Shown here: piece by piece, positions 56,075 to 64,000 of the stretch | How the letters are laid out: every line of letters begins with the position of its first letter | How positions within the stretch are numbered: the stretch's first letter is position 1 | DNA from: the human T2T-CHM13v2.0 reference genome, Homo sapiens | DNA length: 64,000 bases | NCBI RefSeq assembly: GCF_009914755.1 | Contig: NC_060929.1 | Direction: 5' to 3' (one strand) | Notes under the pieces: model-generated | What the model saw: only the letters and a program-made list of their open reading frames with translations | The model's database searches: none | What the model was told of the DNA's origin: nothing | Program-made: the position numbers and the translations under genes

Positions 56075-59000
56075 TCAACAAGATGGCTGTTTAGACCCTC
56101 CTAGTGTCCCTTCCTTACCACAAAAAGCCCAAAACAATGAATTTACAACCATATTTTGACAAAAAAAATAAAATAAAGGAGAGCACTGGAGAACAAGAAA
56201 GAAACAGCTAAAATCGGGCAAAGCACAGAAACTCAGGATGATCACATAGAGAAAGGAAGGAGACACCTCACCTCTGCCACACCCTTGCCGCTCACAATCA
56301 AACCCCCTAGGAGCTAGGAGGGACTTCTTCCTGTGAAGAAAAGCAAGCAAGAGGACCCAGAAGCCCCTATCACAGCTGTGGACACCTTCAGTCTTCACTG
56401 CTGGACACCGCTGCCATCCTCGCAGGTTCTGAGCCCAACTGAGGGAGCTCCCTGGAGTCTAAATCCTGGGCTACGCCCAGAGAAAAAGCAGACACTGTGC
56501 ACCACCCCTCTGTGGCCTGAGCTGCTACTACTCTGTGCCCTCTCAGAATCTGAGCCACTGCTAGGGTGTGGCCTGCTCTGGGAGTGAGTAGCCACTGAAT
56601 CTCTCCATCCTGGAGGTTTAGCCAGCACTATACCACGCTCAGTAGCGAGCCATCATGGGGCAAAGCTGATGCTATAACCTGACCACTAGGGCCAAGCTAC
56701 CACAGAATGACTTTGTCCCCTATCCTAGTCGCTGGTTTACCCTCTCCTTAGGGCTGAGCAGAAGCGATGTCCCACCTCTGGTGACTTGAAGCCTAGAAAT
56801 TCCAGAGCAGTCATACCCCTGGTGCCACAGCTGAGGCAGCATCCCACCCCCAGGACTACCCAGCCTCCTTCACATCAGAGCAGTCACATCCCCTTGGTGC
56901 CACAGCTGAGGCAGCACTTTGCTCCTAGGCACCCCAGGTCTGCTGCACACCACAGCAGTTGCGCCCCTTAGCACCACAGCTAAGGCAGTGACCCACTCCC
57001 TGTGATCCAGGGACTCCACTGACTCATGTAGCCAGGCTTTCCGGGGCCAAGCAGACATGGTGACTCACATCCTAGGGAATCAGAGCCTTGGCTGAACTGT
57101 GGCACTCCACAGTCCAGGACAAACAGTCATAGTCTCCTGCCTACCTGGAGCTGGACTAGGGTCCCATAGCCTGAACTGCTGAGCACCCTGCCTCTATGGG
57201 AAGTGGAGTCATTGCTGCACTGCTCCCCATCACCCCACTTCCCCCTTGGGCACAGCCACAGTGACATATTGACATTCCTGGGTTCTTACTGCTGTTGCAC
57301 TTGACCTCACAGAGCCTGGACTACTGTCATGTCCCATCATCCTAGGGCCCAGAGTCACCACAGCATGGTACTTTATCACCCAGAGTCCGAGCTGTCACTA
57401 TGCTCTCTTGGATCCTCAGTACTGAACTGCAGCTGTGCCTTGCTCCTGGGGACCAAACCCTGCTACAGTGTGTCTTGCTCTGGGAGTGAGTAGCCACTGC
57501 ACCTCTCTGTCCTGGAAGTTTAGCCAGTACTATACCACAATAGCAAGCCATCCTGGGGCCCTCCAGAGCACTCATTCTTTCCCAGAGCTATGCCAGTGTT
57601 GTGCCCCTCCCCACCAGGCTCAGAACCACAGCTATATCACAGCCCCTTGGGCCCAAGCTCCTGGGGTGTGCCTCAGAGCAGCAGACCCCAGGTTAGTGGG
57701 AGAACAGCATTCACTCATGCTTTGGAGAGTAAACTGGCACCTCAAGTCCCTGGCGCTACATTAGTTTTATAAGACCTCAAGCCCAGGAAACCAGCTTTGC
57801 AGCTGCTCTGAATATCTATGCCCTGGATTCTAGTGCCATTGTCACTTATATGGCTACAATAGCTGCCTGTGACCCATGTCAGTCCCAATACTAAGAGAGA
57901 TCCTCTTATGGCTATGATTCCCCACTGTGAGAAAGATAAGAATATGAGGATCCCTAAAGCCCTTGCCCTAATAACCTAAGCAGTCACTGTCACTGCCATA
58001 ATCCCTGCAGCCTAGACCACTGAGACACTTACAGTCATCACTAACATTGATGACAAATGAAGAAGCTGCATGGTAATTATACCACTGCACCTATATGGAA
58101 TCAGAGCCATTGCACTCTGTTGAACTGGCACCCTCAGGCCCATATGCCAGTGAAAGTCTTTTATAAAAGCCACTCTTTAAAGTTTGGAAGAGATGACTAT
58201 ACCACCAGATGCAGAACATCAATGCTGGTACATAAGAAACAAACAAACAAACAAAGGAAATGTGACACCACCTGGGGAACACAATAATTCTCCAGTAACT
58301 GACCCTAAAGAAACAAAAATTTACATCAAGCAGAAGAAAGAATTTATAAACTTGAAGATAGTTCTTTTGAAATGACTCTTAGAGAAAAAAATGAAAACAG
58401 AAAGAAAAGAGTGAAGACAGCCTATGAGACTTATGGGACATCATTAAGTGAACAAATTTTCACATTATGGGAGTTCCAGAAAGAGAAAAGAGAGAGAAAG
58501 GGAAAAAAGGCATATTTAATTACATAATTGCTGAAAAATCTTCAAGTCTTAGGATAAATATGGACATTCAGATCCAGAAAACTCAAAAGTTTCCAAATAG
58601 ATTCAATCCAAAGAGGTCCTCTCTGAGGCACAATATAATCAAACTGTCGAGAGTCAAAGACAAAGAAAGCAGCAAGAGAAAAGCATCCAGTCACATATAA
58701 GGAAATCTCCATTAGACTACCAGTGGATTTCTCAGCAGAAATCTTGCAGGCCAGGAGAGAATGAGATAATACATTCAAAGTGCCAAAAGAAAAAAATTTC
58801 AAGCCTGGAACATTATACCCAAGGAAGTTGTCCTCCAGAAATGAAGGAGGAATAAAGTCCTTCACAGAGAAGCAAAAGCTGAGAGAATTCATTACTTCTA
58901 GACCTGTCTTAAAAGAAATGCTCAACAGAGTTCTTTAAATGTAAATGAAAGGATGATAATTGCTATAGTGAATAGATATAAAAGTGTAAAACTCACTAGT

Positions 59001-62000
59001 GAAGGCAAATACATAGTCAAATCCAGAATACTCTAACACTGTAATGTAGTGTGCAAATTATTTTAAGTCAAAATAATAAAAAATAACTGAAGCTACAATA
59101 AGTTGTTAAGTGATATTCAATATAAAAAGATGTAAATTGTGACATCAAAAACATTAATTTCAGGGGAGGGTAAAAGTTGAGAGTTTTTCTTTGCAACAGA
59201 CATTAAGTTGTTATCAGCTGAAAATAGTAGATTATAACTGTAAGATGTTTTATATAAGTCTCATGGTAACCACAAAATGAAAAACTACAGCAGTTATACA
59301 AATGATGAAGAGAAAGGAATCAAAGCTTTACACTACAGCAAATTATCAAATCACAAAGTTAGACAACAAGAGAGGAAGAAATGAACAAAGGAGCTATAAG
59401 AAAACAAGTAAAATGGCAGTAGTAAGTCCTTAGCTATCAAGAATAATCATGAATGTAAATAGATTAAATTCTAAAATAAAAAATACATGCTGTGGCTGAA
59501 TGGCTAAAAAAAACCCCAATATCCAACTATATCTTACCCACAGGAGACCCATTTAAACTTTAAGATACACATAGGCTGAAAGTGAAGGAATTAAAGAAGA
59601 TAGTCCACACAAATTGTAACCAAAAAAGAACAGAGGTGGCAATACTCACAACCTGTCACAAGAACAAAGGAAGGTCTCTATTTAATGATAAAGGGGTCAA
59701 TTCATTAAGAAGACATAACTGTTATAACCATATATGCACCCAATATTGGAACACTTAAATATATAAACAAATATTAATATATCTGAAGGAAGAGATACAT
59801 TCCAATACAATAATAGTAGGAGATATCAACACCCCACTTTCAACATTGGATATATCACCCAGACAGAAAATTAATAAGGAAATACTGGATTTGATTGCAG
59901 TTTTGAACAAAATGACCTAACAGATATATACAGAACTCTCCATCCAACAGCAGAAGAACACACATTTTTCTCCTGCATGCATGGAACACACTCCAGGATA
60001 GACCGTATACTAGGCCACAAAACAAGTCTTAACAAATTTAAGAAGCTCGAAATCCTATCTAGCATAATTTTTGGACCACGATGGTATAAAACCAGAAATC
60101 AATAACAAGAGGAATCTTAGAAAATTTACAAATATGTGAAAATTAAACAATATGCTCCTGAACAACCAGTGAATCAAAGAAGAAAACAAAAGGGAAATTA
60201 AAAATATATTGAGACAAATGACAATGAAAATACAGCATAGCAAAACTTCAGAAAAGCAGTTATAACAGGGAAATTTCTAGCAATAAATGCCTATGCTAAA
60301 AAAGAAAAAAAAAGTCTCAAATAAACAGTCTAACAATATGCCTAAAGGATCTAAAAAAGAAGAACAAATTCGACCCAATATTAACAGAATGAAGGAAATA
60401 ACAAAAATTGGAGCAGAATTAAATCAAATAGAAAACAAAAAGCCACAAAAAGAATCAATAAAACTAACGGTTGGTTTAAAAAGGTAAACAAAATTGGTAA
60501 ACCTTTAGCTAGTCTAACTAAGGAAAAAGAGAGAAGACACAAATAAATACAATCAAAAATTAACGTGAAGAAATGACAACAGATGTCTCAGAAATAAAAA
60601 GGATCATAAGGGACTATCATGTACAATTATATGCCAACAAATTGGACAACCTAAAGGAAAGGGATAAATTCCTAGAAGAATACAACTTACCAAGATAAGT
60701 AAGGACTACAAAGCTTAAAGAGAAAAATAACAAATAAAGATATTGAAGAAACAATAAAAAACTTCCCAACAAAGAATAGCCCAGGACCAGATGGCTTCAC
60801 AGCTGAATTCTACCAAATGTTCAAAGAAGAATAACAATACTTTTTTAACTCTTACAAAAATAGAATTGGAGGGAATATTTCCAAACACATTTTATGAGGC
60901 CAGCATCACCTTGATACCTAACCCAGACACAGAGATCACAAGAAAAAAAAACTACAAGCCAATCTCTAATGAACATTAATGCAAAAATCCTCAATAAAAC
61001 ATTAGCAGACTGAATCCGACAACACATAAAAAAGATTACACATCATGACCAAGTAAGATTTATCCCTAGCATGCAAGGCTGGTGTAACGTATGCAAATTA
61101 ATCAATATGATACATCACATTAACAGAATGAAGGACAAAAGCTACATGATCATCTCAATTGACAAGAGAAAAGCATTCAACAAAGCCCAATATCCTTTCT
61201 TGATAAAAATCCTCAACAGTTTAGGCACAGAAGAAAAGTTTCTCAATGTAATAAAGACTGTGTATGAAAAATGCACAGCTAACATAATCAACTGGAAAAA
61301 ACTGAAAGCTTTTCCAGTAAGATTGAGGCAAAGATTTCCACTCTCAGCACTTCTGTTAAACATAGTACTGGAAGTACCAACAAAAGCAATCAGATAAGAA
61401 AAAAAAATAAAAGGCATACAAATCAGAAAGGAAAAAATAAAATTATCTTGATTTTAAGGTGACATGATTCTGTATGTAAAAAATACCAAAGGTTCCACAA
61501 AAATCTGTTAAAACTAATAAATGAATTCAGTAAAGTTGTAGGATATGAAATCAACACACAAAACTCAATATCATCATTAAACACAAAACAACAGCCTATC
61601 TGAAAAAGAAGTCAAGAAAACAATCTCACTTATGATAGCATAAAAATAACTAGGAATAAATTTAACCACAGAAGTGAAAGATCTGTATATTGAAAACTAC
61701 AAAAACATTGATGAAAGAATTTGATGAAGATTCAAATAAATGAAAAGGTATCCCATGCTCAAGGATTGTAAAAATTAATTTTGCTAAAATGTCTGTACTA
61801 CTCAAAGCAATATACAGATTCAATGCAACCCCTATCAAAATCCCCAATTAGCCAAAACAATTATATAAAAGAAAAACAAAGCTGGGGGCTTTACAAATCT
61901 TGATTTTTAAATTATATTACAAAGCTATAGTAATCAAAACAGTATGTTACTGGCATAAAAACAGACAGACCAGTGGAAAAGAATAGAATCTAGAAATAAA

Positions 62001-62130
62001 TCCAAACATATATGGTCCCCTATTTTTTGACAAGGGCATGAAGAGGACACAATGAGGAAAGTGTAATCTCTTCAATAAATGGTGTTAGGAAAACTGGATT
62101 TCCACATACAAAATAATAAAATTGGTTCCA
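56075..62130 (+). mobile_element. Old L1MA-age LINE: long GC-rich 5' UTR, ORF1 and disrupted ORF2, 3'-truncated
   Basis: 5' start GTCAACAAGATGGCTG; ORF1 peptide MGVPEREKREKG...DIQIQKTQKFPNRFNPKRSSLRH; ORF2 peptides [33 protein letters not shown]. Confidence 0.9.
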
Positions 62131-62291
62131 TTCTGTGAAAAAGTTCTTCCCTATGTCAACTCTCAGGCACTTCTGGCTTTCTGTGCTTGTGGCTTAGGAG
62201 CAAAGTGGCTCTACTTGAGGGCAGTCCTTCAAGAAAGAATCATAGGAACGGACTCTGCCAAGCAAACGCACATCAACGCTAAGGAGGGGCA

Positions 62292-62803
62292 GTATGGTAA
62301 TTTTAAAACATCTCTATAAATTCTTTAACGCTTTTCCCACAAAAGGTGATCTAATTCTCTGTCCCTTAAATATGGGCATGTCTTAGTGATCACTTCTAAT
62401 GAATACAATGCAGCAGAAGAGACACTGCATGAATTCCAAGGCTAGGCTCAAAAAGGTGTCCTACTCCCTGATTCTGACTCTCTCTCAGGCAGTTCTTGCC
62501 CTTAGAACTCAGGTACCATGTAATGAGGAAGCCTTATCCACATGGAGATGTGTGGCTGGCAACTCCAACTAAGGTCTCTAAGCCCATAGCCAGTATCAAC
62601 CACAGACATGTGAACGAGTTAGTCTTCCAATGATTCCATCTCTCAGCCTCCTGGATGATACCCCAGAAATCATAGGCTAGGGCCATTCTGCCCATGCTGT
62701 TCCCGGTCCAAACTTGACCTACAAAATCCATAAGCATAATGAATGTTTGTTTCATGCCACTGAGTTGTGAGATACTTTGTTACAAGCCATAGAGTCTAGA
62801 ACA
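62292..62803 (+). mobile_element. MLT1 (F/G/H-like) MaLR LTR
   Basis: AATACAATGCAGCAGAAG...TTCCAAGGCTAGG...TGTTTCATGCCACTGAGTTGTGAGATACTTTGTTACAAGC...AGAACA. Confidence 0.75.
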
Positions 62804-62964
62804 CTAGACACTGAAATTGTAAGAATTTCTGTGGGAAGTTTCCGAAGGAATATGGGGGGAGCACTGGCATTTGTGACAGTCCCTGATGGTATTTGTTGAC
62901 CAAGGGATTGTGAATAGCATTTCTGCCTCACAGATGATTGGACAGACTCATGGGATAGAATAAT

Positions 62965-63150
62965 TTATTGGAAAGAACATTGGCCATGGAGTCATGACCT
63001 GGGTTCAAATTCTAGCTTGGCTATAAATCCTTTAATCTCTTGTAATCAGAATTTTCCTGGACATCCAAAGATAACTACACCTATCTGATAGGGTTGTTTT
63101 TGAGGACTGAATAAAATAATGTATGCAAAAGTACCTGAGACTGTGAGGAG
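62965..63150 (+). mobile_element. MIR
   Basis: GGAGTCATGACCTGGGTTCAAATTCTAGC...AGGGTTGTTTTTGAGGACTGAATAAAATAATGTATGCAAAAG. Confidence 0.75.
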
Positions 63151-64000
63151 TTTCAATGAGGAGTCTTTCTCCATTAAGTGTGTTTCCACTTCACATAGAC
63201 CAATGTTATTTTGTACAATTGTTGGTCAAGTAAACACTTCTCTTTGCTAATAGGGGAGAGATGCAGACTTTTTCTTTCAAATTAGAGCATTTTCTCTGTT
63301 AGAAAACCTTTTTCTACCCTGTTAATCTTAGAGGACACTTGCATGAAGTTATTTTTCCAATACTGAATAGATGGTCTGGTGCAGTTAAAGTCTTAAAGAG
63401 CACTTACAGTTCTTTGTTAGGGTGCCATTATTATTAAATAATGTGGCTTTCTCCATTATAGAAACCATCTTGACTATTGGAAATACTGTCAAAACCATAT
63501 TTGGTAAACCAGGAATGAAATGCATCCTTATTAAGTTATTCAACAATTTTGAAGTTTGCATTTGGAACCATTCACAAAGTTCTTTTTAAGTTATTAATTT
63601 CACATGAGGGAAGGAAGAGATGTCTAGACAAATATGCCTTAGAAGAAGTATTTTAAAATAAAACCTTTTCTGAAATGAATATACAGTATTGTACCCTAAC
63701 ATCTTACTTTGAACTCACTGTGATAGTTGTTTCTTGAAAACAAGAAAATGTTCTGTGAGTTAACCAGACTTGAGAGTTGTGATTTTTATATAGAATATAT
63801 TTTTAGGAATGTGAAAAAACTTAGTTTTGTTCATAGAAAGGCTTTAAATTTTTTTTTTACAAAACATTTTAATGAAGACCTTTTTTCAGTGGGATTTATG
63901 AGCCTATAGACATAAAAATAACAAAGAGACCATATTCTGGTCTTAAGAAGAGTCTAATATGAATATATTGAAAAGCTCAAATAAGAACCCCTGTGATTTG

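Noticed and set aside
56800-57000. Regularly spaced direct repeats resembling a CRISPR array
   Set aside because: Eukaryotic L1 5' UTR; only 2-3 degenerate units, spacers are related to each other, and there are no cas genes.

Overview
Primate (very probably human) AT-rich, repeat-dense intronic or intergenic DNA. It is not prokaryotic, and no host protein-coding gene can be supported. The ORF track is made of L1/Alu/ERV remnants and chance ORFs. Most of the window is interspersed repeats: old L1M elements, L1PB, a young L1PA3-like 3' fragment, AluJ/S/Y, MIR, L2, L3, MaLR (MST/MLT1), MER4, MER52, ERVL, Tigger4, MER20 and MER1B. The main non-TE feature is a ~3.2 kb processed retrocopy of the lncRNA NORAD (LINC00657) at ~48661-51837. 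It has a target-site duplication, a polyA signal, recognisable internal repeat units and only 3 intact Pumilio elements, and it is nested inside an MST LTR inside an ERVL. Several small template-switch scars are also visible: a 42-bp inverted repeat 1.1 kb apart, a 69-bp templated insertion within an L1, an L1 micro-inversion and foldback hairpins. All family and subfamily calls come from recalled consensus sequences, not from a database search.
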